Notes under the pieces: model-generated
Database searches by the model: none
The model's input: only the letters and a program-made list of their open reading frames with translations
Told to the model about the DNA's origin: nothing
Source: Myxococcota bacterium
GTDB taxonomy: Bacteria; Myxococcota_A; UBA796; CAJQPC01
Direction of reading: 5' to 3'
DNA length: 64,000 bases
Assembly (NCBI GenBank): GCA_036229005.1
Contig: JAZAMN010000006.1
Coordinates: forward strand, 1-64,000
Made by a program: the position numbers and the translations under genes
Shown here: positions 36,971-47,104 of the stretch, piece by piece
Layout: every line of letters begins with the position of its first letter
Numbering within the stretch: position 1 is the stretch's first letter

Positions 36971-37091
36971 GGACGCAGCTTAGCCCGCCCGTGCGCTTCG
37001 GGAGACGCGGAGCGCCACACCCCGCGGATCCGCGCGTTATTGTCGGCTGACGCTCGGTCAAGCGCCCTCTGCCGACCCTGGAGTTGCCCCC

Positions 37092-37529
37092 GTGTCCCTC
37101 GCCCTCGCTCTGCTGGTCTGGATCCCCGCCGCCTTCGCCCAGGACCCCGCCGCCCCCGCGGAGGCCACCCAGGCCGAGACCCAGGAGCCCGAGACCCTCT
37201 ACACCACCGGCGAGGTCGGCTTGCTGCGCTTCCCCGGCGCCGCGGGCGGTGACAACCCCGTGGTCAAGAGCGTCGCAGCCGACACCGCTGTCACCGTCGT
37301 CTACCGTGAGGGCGAGCTGGTGCGCGTCCGCAGCGGCGCTGACTTTGGCTGGGCCCAGGCCTCCATGCTGACCGACGAGGCCCCCGCGCCCGTGGGTGGT
37401 GGCCTGCTCGACGGCCTGGACCTGGGCGGTATCGGCGGTGGCCTCGGCGGAAACCCCTTCGGCGGGAGCCCCTTCGGTAGCCCCACCGGCGGCCTCCCCG
37501 GCGCGCCCACCACGCCCCCGGCCGAGTGA
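37092..37529 (+). CDS. secreted protein with SH3b-like domain and Gly/Pro-rich tail
   Basis: Signal peptide ending AFA-Q; VTVVYREGELVRVR...FGWA pattern. Confidence 0.6.
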   Translation: MSLALALLVWIPAAFAQDPAAPAEATQAETQEPETLYTTGEVGLLRFPGAAGGDNPVVKSVAADTAVTVVYREGELVRVRSGADFGWAQASMLTDEAPAPVGGGLLDGLDLGGIGGGLGGNPFGGSPFGSPTGGLPGAPTTPPAE

Positions 37530-37637
37530 CCCGCTCGCGCTGAACCCCTCGCTCCGAGTCCCCCTCGGGGCCCTTGGCTCCACGCCAGCCCCTCCCTCCC
37601 ATCCCCCCGGGCTCCGCGCCCCACTCCCCCCACTCCT

Positions 37638-38465
37638 ATGGTCGGCCTCTTCCGACGCGACGTGACCGTGGCTGTGCTGGCCTCGGGCTCTGGCGGCAAC
37701 TGCACCTACGTGGGGGACGGCAGCGCCGGCGTGCTGATCGACTGTGGGATCAGCACCAAGCGCATCCTGCAGCGCATGGAGGATCTGGGGCTCAAGGGCG
37801 CCCCCATCGACGGCGTGCTCATCACCCACGAGCACGGCGACCACGTCGGCTCCGCGCGGGTTCTCTGCGACAAGCTGCACCGCGAGCTCGGCACCTGGGT
37901 GCCCTTCTACATGACCCCGGGGACCCGCGACGGCACGCCGCAGCGCAGCATGCCCAAGGCGCTGGAGACCATCGAGGCGGGGGAGGCCTTCCGGATCCGG
38001 CAGCTCAACATCGACCCCTTCTCGATCCCCCACGACACTCTGGACCCGGTGGCCTACCGCGTCGAGGTCGGGGGGGTGAACGCCGCCGTGGTCACCGATC
38101 TGGGCCGTCCCACCCAGCTCGTCGCCCGCCGCATGCAGGACCTGGACGTGCTGGTGCTCGAGTACAACCACGACCTCCAGCAGCTCATGGAGGGGCCCTA
38201 CCCCTGGCACCTCAAGCAGCGCATCCGGGGCAACCACGGGCACCTGTCCAACCGCCAGGCCAACCAGCTCCTGCGGGACTCCATCTCGGAGCGCCTGCAG
38301 CACCTGGTGCTCGCCCACCTCTCCGAGCACAACAACACGCCCGAGAAGGCCATGAGCGCCTGCCGCAAGGCCCTGGACTGGCTGGACGTGGACCACGTGA
38401 GCGTCCAGGCCGCCCCCGCCGAGGGCCCCGCGCAGCCGCTCTCCCTGGTGGCCAACGACTGGTAG
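37638..38465 (+). CDS. MBL-fold metallo-hydrolase (YycJ/WalJ-like)
   Basis: LASGSGGN, THEHGDH, PHD, EYNHD, GHLSN, LAHLSEHNN. Confidence 0.9.
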   Translation: MVGLFRRDVTVAVLASGSGGNCTYVGDGSAGVLIDCGISTKRILQRMEDLGLKGAPIDGVLITHEHGDHVGSARVLCDKLHRELGTWVPFYMTPGTRDGTPQRSMPKALETIEAGEAFRIRQLNIDPFSIPHDTLDPVAYRVEVGGVNAAVVTDLGRPTQLVARRMQDLDVLVLEYNHDLQQLMEGPYPWHLKQRIRGNHGHLSNRQANQLLRDSISERLQHLVLAHLSEHNNTPEKAMSACRKALDWLDVDHVSVQAAPAEGPAQPLSLVANDW

Positions 38466-38547
38466 GGCATGGGGGATTCTCCCAACTCCCTGCAAACGGT
38501 GGCGGATCCGATCACTCTGTGAAACACTGTCTATTGTGAGGTGACAC

Positions 38548-39282
38548 GTGTTTCTCATTCCTCTGCTCGCCCTCAGTGGTTGCGCTTCCCGGGTCGCCTG
38601 GGAAGTCCGCCCTGCGCCCGCAGTCGAGCTGGACAGCACTGTCGTGGCCATCGCGACCGACGACCGCGCCTGCAAGCCCGTCGCCGACTCCTTGGTACGC
38701 ACCCTCTCCGCCCGCCCTGGGATGGATGTGCAGCCGCGCGCCGAGACCCGCCTGGTGGTCGAGAGCTGCGAGCAGTTCGTCTCCACCACGGTCGAGATCC
38801 AGCAGGACGCAGCGCAGGCCAGCACCCTCCACACCGACCGCCGCAAGACCACCGTCAGCGGCACCGGCGTCGCCGTGGTCGGGGTCTATGAGGGGGAGGA
38901 GCGGGTGGCCGAGATCGAAGTCTCGGTAGACCTATCGGACTCGGTGGGCTGGACGGAGTTCGACGCGGATCCGTCCTCGCCCGAGGTCAGCGAGATGAGC
39001 CGCGGCGTGGACCGCGAGCTGGCCGCCCAGATCGCCGACGAGATCGCGCCGCTGCCCCAGGACCTCAAGCGCCGCCTCTACAAGGACGCCGAGCCGGGCA
39101 CGGCGCGGGCGCTGCACAATGACGCCGTGGCCGCCGAGCAGTCCGGGGATCTGGACCAGGCCCTGATGCTGGCGGAGGAGGCCTACGCGGCGCACCCCAC
39201 CGCCGCGAACATGCGCTACATCGAGCAGCTTGAGCACCACGCTGAGACCGTCGGGTACGTGTTCGCCACCGAGGGCGAGTAG
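38548..39282 (+). CDS. lipoprotein with C-terminal TPR-like helix pair
   Basis: GAGG RBS then GTG; MFLIPLLALSGC lipobox. Confidence 0.7.
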   Translation: MFLIPLLALSGCASRVAWEVRPAPAVELDSTVVAIATDDRACKPVADSLVRTLSARPGMDVQPRAETRLVVESCEQFVSTTVEIQQDAAQASTLHTDRRKTTVSGTGVAVVGVYEGEERVAEIEVSVDLSDSVGWTEFDADPSSPEVSEMSRGVDRELAAQIADEIAPLPQDLKRRLYKDAEPGTARALHNDAVAAEQSGDLDQALMLAEEAYAAHPTAANMRYIEQLEHHAETVGYVFATEGE

Positions 39283-39286
39283 GGGG

Positions 39287-39688
39287 CTACCAGTCGTCCT
39301 CGTCGGGCGGCTCCGCCTGCACCCAACGAAACGGGGCGCTCGCCTGGACCTCCTTTCCGTCCAGCCACCAGCGGGTCTCGCCGCTCTGCGAGTTCTCCAT
39401 CCAGCCCTCCAGGATGGCGGCGTCCAGGGCCTCCAGCAGCTCCAGGACAAAGTCGGTGCCCACCGAGCAGCGCGTGTCGAAGCACACCCGCACGGCGCCC
39501 TCCACGTCCTCCAGCTCGAAGCGGCCGTCGAAGCTGCTGCGGATGTCCTCGCCGTCGGCGACGTCCTCGACGAGCTCCCAGGCGGCCTCGAAGTCCTGAT
39601 CGGTGAGGGCGGCGATGAAGCGGGCCAAGGGCGCCTCATCCTCCAGCAGCGCGGGGTTGAAGTACAGCGCGTAGTAGCGGGCGGACAT
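39287..39688 (-). CDS. acidic hypothetical protein
   Basis: AGGAG RBS before ATG 39688; coding-like codon bias. Confidence 0.6.
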   Translation of the reverse strand: MSARYYALYFNPALLEDEAPLARFIAALTDQDFEAAWELVEDVADGEDIRSSFDGRFELEDVEGAVRVCFDTRCSVGTDFVLELLEALDAAILEGWMENSQSGETRWWLDGKEVQASAPFRWVQAEPPDEDDW

Positions 39689-39814
39689 GGGGCTCTCCTG
39701 TCTCCACAGCAGCGGCGACATCGACAGCGCTCCCGGGGGGCGGGTTCCCGCCGGGCGGCGCACAGGGTTCCCCGCAGGCACCGGGCGCTATAGACTCCGC
39801 TCAAAGGAGCCTGC

Positions 39815-40882
<1,068 letters not shown>

Positions 40883-41029
40883 CGGGGCCGCGGGGAACTG
40901 TGCCACTCGGTGCACCACACTCTCCGCAAAGTGGGCGCGCATGGATGGCGCAGGGCTGACCTACAGCAGTCCAGCACCGACCGGTGCGCGGTCGGCGTCC
41001 GGGCAACACGCACTCGCCCCAGGTGCTCC

Positions 41030-42334
41030 ATGCACACTCCCCATCTGGTCATCATCGGTGGAGGCTTCGGCGGCCTCGCCACCGCTCAGGCCCTCGCCTC
41101 CACCAAGCTCCGGGTCACCCTGGTGGATCGGCGCAACCACCACCTCTTCCAGCCGCTGCTCTACCAGGTCGCCACGGCCTCGCTGGCGCCCACCGACATC
41201 TCGGTCCCCATCCGCGCCGTGCTCTCCAAGGAGCAGCAGGTCTCCGTGCGCCTGGGCGAGGTCGAGTCCATCGACCCCCAGGCCCGCAAGGTCCACCTGC
41301 GCGGCCAGACCGGGCAGGACACCCTGGACTACGACTACCTGGTGGTCGCCACGGGCGTTCGCCACGCCTACTTCGGGCACCCCGAGTGGTCCGAGGACGC
41401 CCCCGGCCTCAAGACCGTCGCCGACGCCCTGGAGATCCGCCGCCGCGTCCTCACCGCCTTCGAGCAGGCCGAGTGGGAGCAGGATCCCAAGGCCCGCGAG
41501 CGGCTGTTGACCTTCGTGGTCGTGGGCGGAGGCCCCACCGGGGTGGAGCTGGCCGGCGCGCTGGCCGAGATCTCCGTGAACACCCTGCGCAAGGACTTCC
41601 GCAACATCGACACGCGCCAGGCCCGGGTCCTGCTGGTGGAGGCCGGGCCCAGCCTCCTGGGCGCCTTCGACCCTGAGCTTCAGGAGGAGGCGAAGACCGA
41701 GCTGTCCGCGCTGGGGGTGGAGCTCCGCTTTGGCACCCCGGTCACCCAGGTCACCTCGGCAGGGGTGCGCATCGGCGAGGACATGCTGCCGGCGGCCACC
41801 GTGCTCTGGGCAGCCGGGGTCAGCGCGGGCGCGCTCCTGGAGCCGCTGGGTGAGCGGGACCGGGCGGGCCGCGTGATGGTCGCGCCGGACTGCAGCGTGC
41901 CGGAGCACCCCAACGTGTTCGTCATCGGGGACGCCGCCCACCTCAAGCAGGCCGATGGGGTCGTGGTGCCGGGGCTCGCGCCGGCGGCGGTCCAGATGGG
42001 CCGCCACGCCGCCCGCTGCATCGAGGCGGATCTGGCCGGCAAGGAGCGGAGGGCGTTCGCCTACCGGGACAAGGGCAGCATGGCGACCATCGGGCGCAAC
42101 AAGGCCGTGCTCCAGTCGGGCAAGGTCCGCATGTCCGGGCGCCTGGCCTGGCTGGCCTGGGTGTTCGTGCACCTGTGGGAGCTGGTGAACTTCCGGGACC
42201 GCGTCAGCGTCTTCCTCAAGTGGGCCTGGGCCTGGTGGACCTGGGACCGCGCCGGGCGGCTGCTCTGGGACCCCCACGAGGGGGAGGCGCCCCAGCGCAC
42301 ACCGGACCAGGACCAACACCGCGGCGCCGCCTGA
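41030..42334 (+). CDS. ndh: type II NADH:quinone oxidoreductase
   Basis: GGGFGG, FQPLLYQVAT, GGGPTGVELAG, WAAGV, YRDKGSMATIGR. Confidence 0.92.
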   Translation: MHTPHLVIIGGGFGGLATAQALASTKLRVTLVDRRNHHLFQPLLYQVATASLAPTDISVPIRAVLSKEQQVSVRLGEVESIDPQARKVHLRGQTGQDTLDYDYLVVATGVRHAYFGHPEWSEDAPGLKTVADALEIRRRVLTAFEQAEWEQDPKARERLLTFVVVGGGPTGVELAGALAEISVNTLRKDFRNIDTRQARVLLVEAGPSLLGAFDPELQEEAKTELSALGVELRFGTPVTQVTSAGVRIGEDMLPAATVLWAAGVSAGALLEPLGERDRAGRVMVAPDCSVPEHPNVFVIGDAAHLKQADGVVVPGLAPAAVQMGRHAARCIEADLAGKERRAFAYRDKGSMATIGRNKAVLQSGKVRMSGRLAWLAWVFVHLWELVNFRDRVSVFLKWAWAWWTWDRAGRLLWDPHEGEAPQRTPDQDQHRGAA

Positions 42335-42349
42335 GGGCAGCTCCGCGGG

Positions 42350-43831
42350 CTACTTGGCCGCGCTCAGGTGGTCGTCCCCGCGGATCTGCGCGAAGTCCTT
42401 GAGGTGCCCGTAGATCGCCTTGACCCCGCGGGTCATGTAGTCCAGGTCTTCGGGCCCGCGCATGGTCTTGAGCTGGTGCATCAGAAAGCGCGGGTGCAGG
42501 TAGAGCTTGTAGAACTGGCCGGCCATCTGGACGACCTCTTCCTGGTCCATGTCCGTGAGCTCGCAGACGGGCTCGGTCATGTCGTAGCGCTCGTAGGCGG
42601 TCTCGGGGAAGCGGATCCAGCCGTTGCGGTTGCACAGCTCGAACAGGGGGGTGCCGGGGTAGGGCATCACGACGGTGGCCTGGAGCATGTGGGCGTAGCC
42701 GGAGAGCATCAGCTCGCGGGCCAGCTTGAGGGTCTCGTAGGCGTCCTCGCGGGTCTCCCAGGGGTAGCCGACCATCAGGGTCAGGTGGGGCTCCAGGCCG
42801 GCCATGGAGGCCATCTTGCAGCCCTCGATGATGCGCTCCTTGGTGAGATCCTTGTCCAGGATGTCGATGGTGCGCTCGCTGGCGGACTCGATGCCCAGGA
42901 TGAGCTTGCGGAAGCCCGCCTTCTTCATCAGGTGGACGTTCTTCTCGGTGAAGTAGTCAAAGCGGAAGTTGCAGTCGAAGATGACCTTCTCGTTGATCTT
43001 CCGGTCGATCATCTCGTGGCACAGCCGGTTGAGCCAGTGGCCGCCGGGCAGGGCCCCCGTGTCGTCGAAGATCTCCTTGGCGCCGTGGCGCTTGATGAGC
43101 ATCTCCATCTCGGCGGCCAGGTGCTCGGGGGGCACCACGGAGAAGGTGGGGTAGGACACGGTCCAGCTACAGAAGGTGCACTTGCCGTAGGGGCAGTCGC
43201 GGCCGGCCATGGTCCACAGGAAGGGCAGGCGCTTCTTCCACTTCTCGAAGTACAGGTGCGCGTTGGTCAGGTCGCGGTCCATCCAGGGCAGGTCTACAAG
43301 CTGGTGCTCGGCCTTGTAGGGGCCCGTGTTGGCCAGGGTGCCGTCGTCGTTCTTGGACCAGATACCGGTCTCGAGGGCGTCGCCCTTGTCCAGGTGGTTG
43401 ACGATGCTGCGCAGGGAGAAGTCGTAGTCGCCGCCGGTGATGCAGAAGTCGACCTTTGAGTTCTCCAGGGTCTCGCCGGGGTTGCCGGAGATGTGGTCGC
43501 CGAAGAAGACCACCTTGGTCCCGGGGGAGAGGGTCTTGATGCGGTCGACGATGCCCCAGTGCTGGCGCACGACGGGGGACTTGGTCTCCATGGCGAGGAC
43601 TTCGGGCTGGAAGTCGCGCAGCAGGCGCTCGAACTGGGCCTGGTTCTTCTGCTCGGCGATGCAGTCGTTCCAGAGGACCTCGTGGCCCTCGGAGTCGAGC
43701 AGGGTCGCCGCAGAGGCGGGCACGCAGGGGTAGAGGTAGCTGGGCTCGTGGAACCACTGGAACTGGCGGTTCTGCGTGAGCATGGGGCTGCCCTTGCCGA
43801 CGAGCGGGGGGTAGCTGACCATTACGCGCAT
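42350..43831 (-). CDS. cobalamin-binding-domain radical SAM protein
   Basis: N-terminal B12-binding-like domain; RDCPYGKCTFC (Cx4Cx2C); GIESAS, MVGYPWET, PYPGTPLF. Confidence 0.88.
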   Translation of the reverse strand: MRVMVSYPPLVGKGSPMLTQNRQFQWFHEPSYLYPCVPASAATLLDSEGHEVLWNDCIAEQKNQAQFERLLRDFQPEVLAMETKSPVVRQHWGIVDRIKTLSPGTKVVFFGDHISGNPGETLENSKVDFCITGGDYDFSLRSIVNHLDKGDALETGIWSKNDDGTLANTGPYKAEHQLVDLPWMDRDLTNAHLYFEKWKKRLPFLWTMAGRDCPYGKCTFCSWTVSYPTFSVVPPEHLAAEMEMLIKRHGAKEIFDDTGALPGGHWLNRLCHEMIDRKINEKVIFDCNFRFDYFTEKNVHLMKKAGFRKLILGIESASERTIDILDKDLTKERIIEGCKMASMAGLEPHLTLMVGYPWETREDAYETLKLARELMLSGYAHMLQATVVMPYPGTPLFELCNRNGWIRFPETAYERYDMTEPVCELTDMDQEEVVQMAGQFYKLYLHPRFLMHQLKTMRGPEDLDYMTRGVKAIYGHLKDFAQIRGDDHLSAAK

Positions 43832-43899
43832 GCGGACTCCTATGCGGCCGGGCCCCCAGACATAGCATGACCTGGCGCAGGTCGAACAGGTCAGACTCA

Positions 43900-43950
43900 A
43901 TGGGTGTTCACAAATAGTTCTTGCACAAACATTATGTGTGAGGCATGTTG
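43900..43950. promoter_or_regulatory. AT-rich divergent promoter region with candidate operator repeats
   Basis: Unusually AT-rich for this window; GTTC-N7-GTTC at 43906-43920; TTGCAC-N17-CATGTT at 43921-43949; ACATTATGT palindrome at 43929-43937. Confidence 0.5.
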
Positions 43951-44070
43951 TTCGGGAGCAGGCGTCCATGTCCGCGCCCCGCTCCCTTCAACCCCACCCA
44001 GGAGCCGCATGCTTGCAGCCACGTCCCCCACACATCGACATCTCCAGAACCCCAGCCAAGGGGTGAACTC

Positions 44071-44577
44071 TTGAACGCCCGAGCAGACAGCGGCTTGGTC
44101 GGAGAGCACCTGGTGGTGCCTGCGTGCGGAGTCGGGACAGTGGTTGGCGTCGAGACCCTGACGGTCGAAGGCGTGAGCTCGGACTTCTACCGGATCCACC
44201 TGCCGGACGGCTCCCAGAGCTGGATCCCCCTCGGTCGTCTCGAGGCCCAGGGTCTGCGGCCGGTGATGTCCCCCAAGACGGCCAAGGCCACCCTCAAGGC
44301 AGCCCGCGAAGAGGAGGCACCCGGCAAGCGGGCCACCTGGAACCGCCGGCAGAAGCGCTACCGCGAGACCCTGCTGGAGAACGAGCCCAAGGCCATCGGC
44401 GCCATGCTCGGTGAGCTGGGCTCCGTGCTCCGCGAGAAGGGGCAGCTCTCCTTCTCCGAGCGGCGCATCTTCGAGCAGGCCCTGGGGCAGCTCAGCGCCG
44501 AGCTGAGCCTGAGCCTGGAGCTCACCCAGGACCAGGCACGCGAGCGCATCGAGAAGGCCCTGGGCGCGAGCCTCTGA
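44071..44577 (+). CDS. CarD/CdnL family RNA-polymerase-binding regulator
   Basis: VGEHLVVPACGVGTV, GLRPVMS, TWNRR, LSFSERRIFEQA; start codon uncertain (TTG 44071 or 44095). Confidence 0.85.
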   Translation: MNARADSGLVGEHLVVPACGVGTVVGVETLTVEGVSSDFYRIHLPDGSQSWIPLGRLEAQGLRPVMSPKTAKATLKAAREEEAPGKRATWNRRQKRYRETLLENEPKAIGAMLGELGSVLREKGQLSFSERRIFEQALGQLSAELSLSLELTQDQARERIEKALGASL

Positions 44578-44590
44578 CGCTCTCGCCTGG

Positions 44591-44643
44591 GCCTTTCGTC
44601 TGGGTCTTTCGTCTGTGTCTTTTGTCTGGGGCTTCGGGCTGAG
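44591..44643. repeat. four degenerate 13-bp tandem repeats between convergent genes
   Basis: CCTTTCGTCTGGG TCTTTCGTCTGTG TCTTTTGTCTGGG GCTTCGGGCTGAG. Confidence 0.65.
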
Positions 44644-44661
44644 TGGCCCCGCCGAAGCGGG

Positions 44662-45594
44662 CTACTCGACCACCACCCAGGCACCTTGGGCGCTGCTGCC
44701 TTCGGGGAGCAGCCCCAGATCGACCAGGGTCTCGGCCATGGCGTCCCAGCGCGCGGCGTCCATGTGGCCCAGGCCCTGCTCACCGAGCACGTACTCCGCC
44801 TGAGCCTGGGTCACGCACGAGAGGACCTCGTCGGTGAGCGCCGGGTTCAAGGAAGCCATGTGCGCATTGGCTCTCTGGGGGTGGGCCATGTAGGCCTCCC
44901 ACGCCTTCTTCGTCGCCTCCACGAAAGCAGGGCCCCAGGCGGGCATCGGGTCGGGGAGGGCGAGCAGAGTGCCGTAGGGGTTCCAGCCCGCGTCGGCCGC
45001 CTTGAGGAAGCGCACGTCCACGCCCTTGGCCCGGGCCATGCACACCTCGCTGGTGATGTAGGCCTGCTGGATGAGGTCCTCGTCCGCCAGGAACTGCCCG
45101 ATCCCGCCGGTGTAGGGGACGGCCTGGACCTGCGTGCCCCAGCCCTGCTTCTCCCACAGGTAGCGCTGGAAGGGGGAGCCGACCTCGATGGCCACCTGGG
45201 TCCCGGGCAGGATGGCGCCGAAGCCCTGGGGGCCGGTCTCCCGGACCATCAGCCCGTTGGGGGCGCGCTGGAAGGCGGGCCACACGCCCAGCGCTTTGAC
45301 GCCCTTGTTGCGCTTGAGCAGCAGGTCATCGGCGGCGGTGATGGCGGCGTCGGCCTTGCCGGAGGCCATCAGCTCCAGGGAGGGGGCCCCGGCGCCTCCA
45401 GGGAGGATCTGCACGTCAAAGCCGGCCTCGGCGTAGTGCCCTCCCAGCATGCCCTCGTAGAAGCCGCCGAACTCCGGCTCGGGGAGCCAGTTCAGGGCCA
45501 GCACGATGCTCTGGTTGGGGGCCTTGGTCTCCGGTCCGGCGGGCTCCGAGGCGCCGGAGCATCCCAGCGAGAGGGCGAGCAGGGGAATCCACAT
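44662..45594 (-). CDS. ABC transporter substrate-binding lipoprotein (NMT1/THI5, ThiY-like)
   Basis: MWIPLLALSLGC lipobox; LNWLPEPEFGGFY, GFDVQILPGG. Confidence 0.85.
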   Translation of the reverse strand: MWIPLLALSLGCSGASEPAGPETKAPNQSIVLALNWLPEPEFGGFYEGMLGGHYAEAGFDVQILPGGAGAPSLELMASGKADAAITAADDLLLKRNKGVKALGVWPAFQRAPNGLMVRETGPQGFGAILPGTQVAIEVGSPFQRYLWEKQGWGTQVQAVPYTGGIGQFLADEDLIQQAYITSEVCMARAKGVDVRFLKAADAGWNPYGTLLALPDPMPAWGPAFVEATKKAWEAYMAHPQRANAHMASLNPALTDEVLSCVTQAQAEYVLGEQGLGHMDAARWDAMAETLVDLGLLPEGSSAQGAWVVVE

Positions 45595-45595
45595 G

Positions 45596-46339
45596 TCAGT
45601 CTCCGTGCCAGCGGCCGATGGCCAGCTTCTCAACGCCCCTAACCGCCAGGAAGAGCACGCCGGCGAGCGCAGCGCTGCAGAACACCGCGCCGAAGGTGAG
45701 CGCAGTGTCCGCCGACCGCGCCGAGCTGAGCACCAGGAATCCCAGCGAGGGCGGCAGGCCGTTTGAGCCCACGAACTCCCCGACGATGGCCCCGATGACG
45801 CTCAGGCCGACGGCGCTGCGGTAGCCGGCGAGCAGGGTGGGCAGCGCCCGGGGGACGCGCAGCTTGAGCAGGGTCTGGGTCCAGGTGGCGCCGTAGAGCC
45901 GCATCAGCTCCAGCTCGCTGCGCTCCGGGCTGCGCAGGCCCGCGTTGGCTGAGCTCAGGATGGGGAAGAAGCTCACGATGGCGGCCGTGGTCACCGCGAC
46001 GGGCTGCCCGTAGCCCAGCCAGACCACGAGCAGGGGCGCGATCGCGATGATGGGGAGGGTCTGCAGGAAGAGCGCGTAGGGGTAGAGGGCGCGCTCCAGC
46101 CAGCGACTGCGCAGGAACAACACCGCGCCGGCGATGCCCACCCCGCTGCCCAGCAGTAGCCCCACCAGCGAGGCCCGGGTGGTCTGCCAGGTCGCCTGAG
46201 CGAGCTGCGCCTTGGACGCCCACATCGCGCTCAGCACGGCGCCCGGTCCGGGGAGGAGGATCTCGGGCTGCGTGAGCGAGAGGGCCCACCACCCCAGCAC
46301 CATCAGCACGGCGACAACCGCGGGAAGCAGGGCCCTCAC
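45596..46339 (-). CDS. ABC transporter permease (SsuC/TauC/ThiX-like)
   Basis: QTLPIIAIAPLLVVWLG, GAIVGEF. Confidence 0.9.
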   Translation of the reverse strand: MRALLPAVVAVLMVLGWWALSLTQPEILLPGPGAVLSAMWASKAQLAQATWQTTRASLVGLLLGSGVGIAGAVLFLRSRWLERALYPYALFLQTLPIIAIAPLLVVWLGYGQPVAVTTAAIVSFFPILSSANAGLRSPERSELELMRLYGATWTQTLLKLRVPRALPTLLAGYRSAVGLSVIGAIVGEFVGSNGLPPSLGFLVLSSARSADTALTFGAVFCSAALAGVLFLAVRGVEKLAIGRWHGD

Positions 46340-47061
46340 GAGGTCACCACGGCGCGGGTCACCCGCTCGAGCAGCGCGGCGTAGCGGGGGCCGTGTTGGG
46401 CGTCATGCCGTTGTCCTCGGCTGCGGGGCCAGGGCAGATCGATGTCGATGAGTTCCGGGGTGCCCGGGCGGAGGACCAAGACGCGGTGACACATCCAGAC
46501 CGCCTCCTCCAGGTCATGGGAGACCATCAGGGCCGCGAAGCCCAGCTCCGCCTGGAGCGCCATGAAGTGCTCCTGCGCCTGGGCCCGGGTGAGGCCGTCC
46601 AGGGCGGAGAAGGCCTCGTCCAGGAAGATGAGCTCGGGGCGGGTGACCAGGGCGCGGGCCAGAGAGGCGCGCATCTGCATGCCGCCGGAGAGCTGTGCGG
46701 GGAGGCGCTCGGCGGCGTCTTGGAGGCCCACGCGCTCCAGAGCCTGCTGGACGGGGGCCGTGTCGAGTCCCTGCAGCTCCAGGGGCAGCGCCACGTTGTC
46801 CCAGAGGCTGCGCCAGGGGAGCAGCGTGGGGTCCTGGAACACGAACGCGGGCTGTCCGCTGCGCTCGATGCGCCCGGAGGTGGGATCGAGGAGGCCGGCG
46901 GCCAGTCGGAGCAGGGTGCTCTTGCCGCAGCCGGAGGGGCCGACCAGCCCCAAGATCTCGCCGGGCGCGAGCTCCAGATCCAGGCCGGAGAACAGGGCGG
47001 GGCCCTGGTCCCACGCAAAGTCGACGGCGTGCAGGCGTACAGCGGGGGTGGGGGAGCTCAA
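46336..47061 (-). CDS. ABC transporter ATP-binding protein (SsuB/TauB-like)
   Basis: GPSGCGKST, FQDPTLLPW, LSGGMQMR, DEAFSALD. Confidence 0.92.
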   Translation of the reverse strand: MSSPTPAVRLHAVDFAWDQGPALFSGLDLELAPGEILGLVGPSGCGKSTLLRLAAGLLDPTSGRIERSGQPAFVFQDPTLLPWRSLWDNVALPLELQGLDTAPVQQALERVGLQDAAERLPAQLSGGMQMRASLARALVTRPELIFLDEAFSALDGLTRAQAQEHFMALQAELGFAALMVSHDLEEAVWMCHRVLVLRPGTPELIDIDLPWPRSRGQRHDAQHGPRYAALLERVTRAVVTS

Positions 47062-47104
47062 GGATGGGCCGGGGCGGGATAGGGTTTGGACTCAGGAGAT
47101 GGAT

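Noticed and set aside
42350..43831. RiPP or hopanoid cluster around the B12 radical SAM gene
   Set aside because: Stand-alone gene with no precursor peptide or hpn/shc neighbours; a specific function cannot be assigned
47062..47104. TPP riboswitch upstream of the ThiY-like ABC operon
   Set aside because: Only about 43 bp separate the divergent genes and no TPP consensus is present
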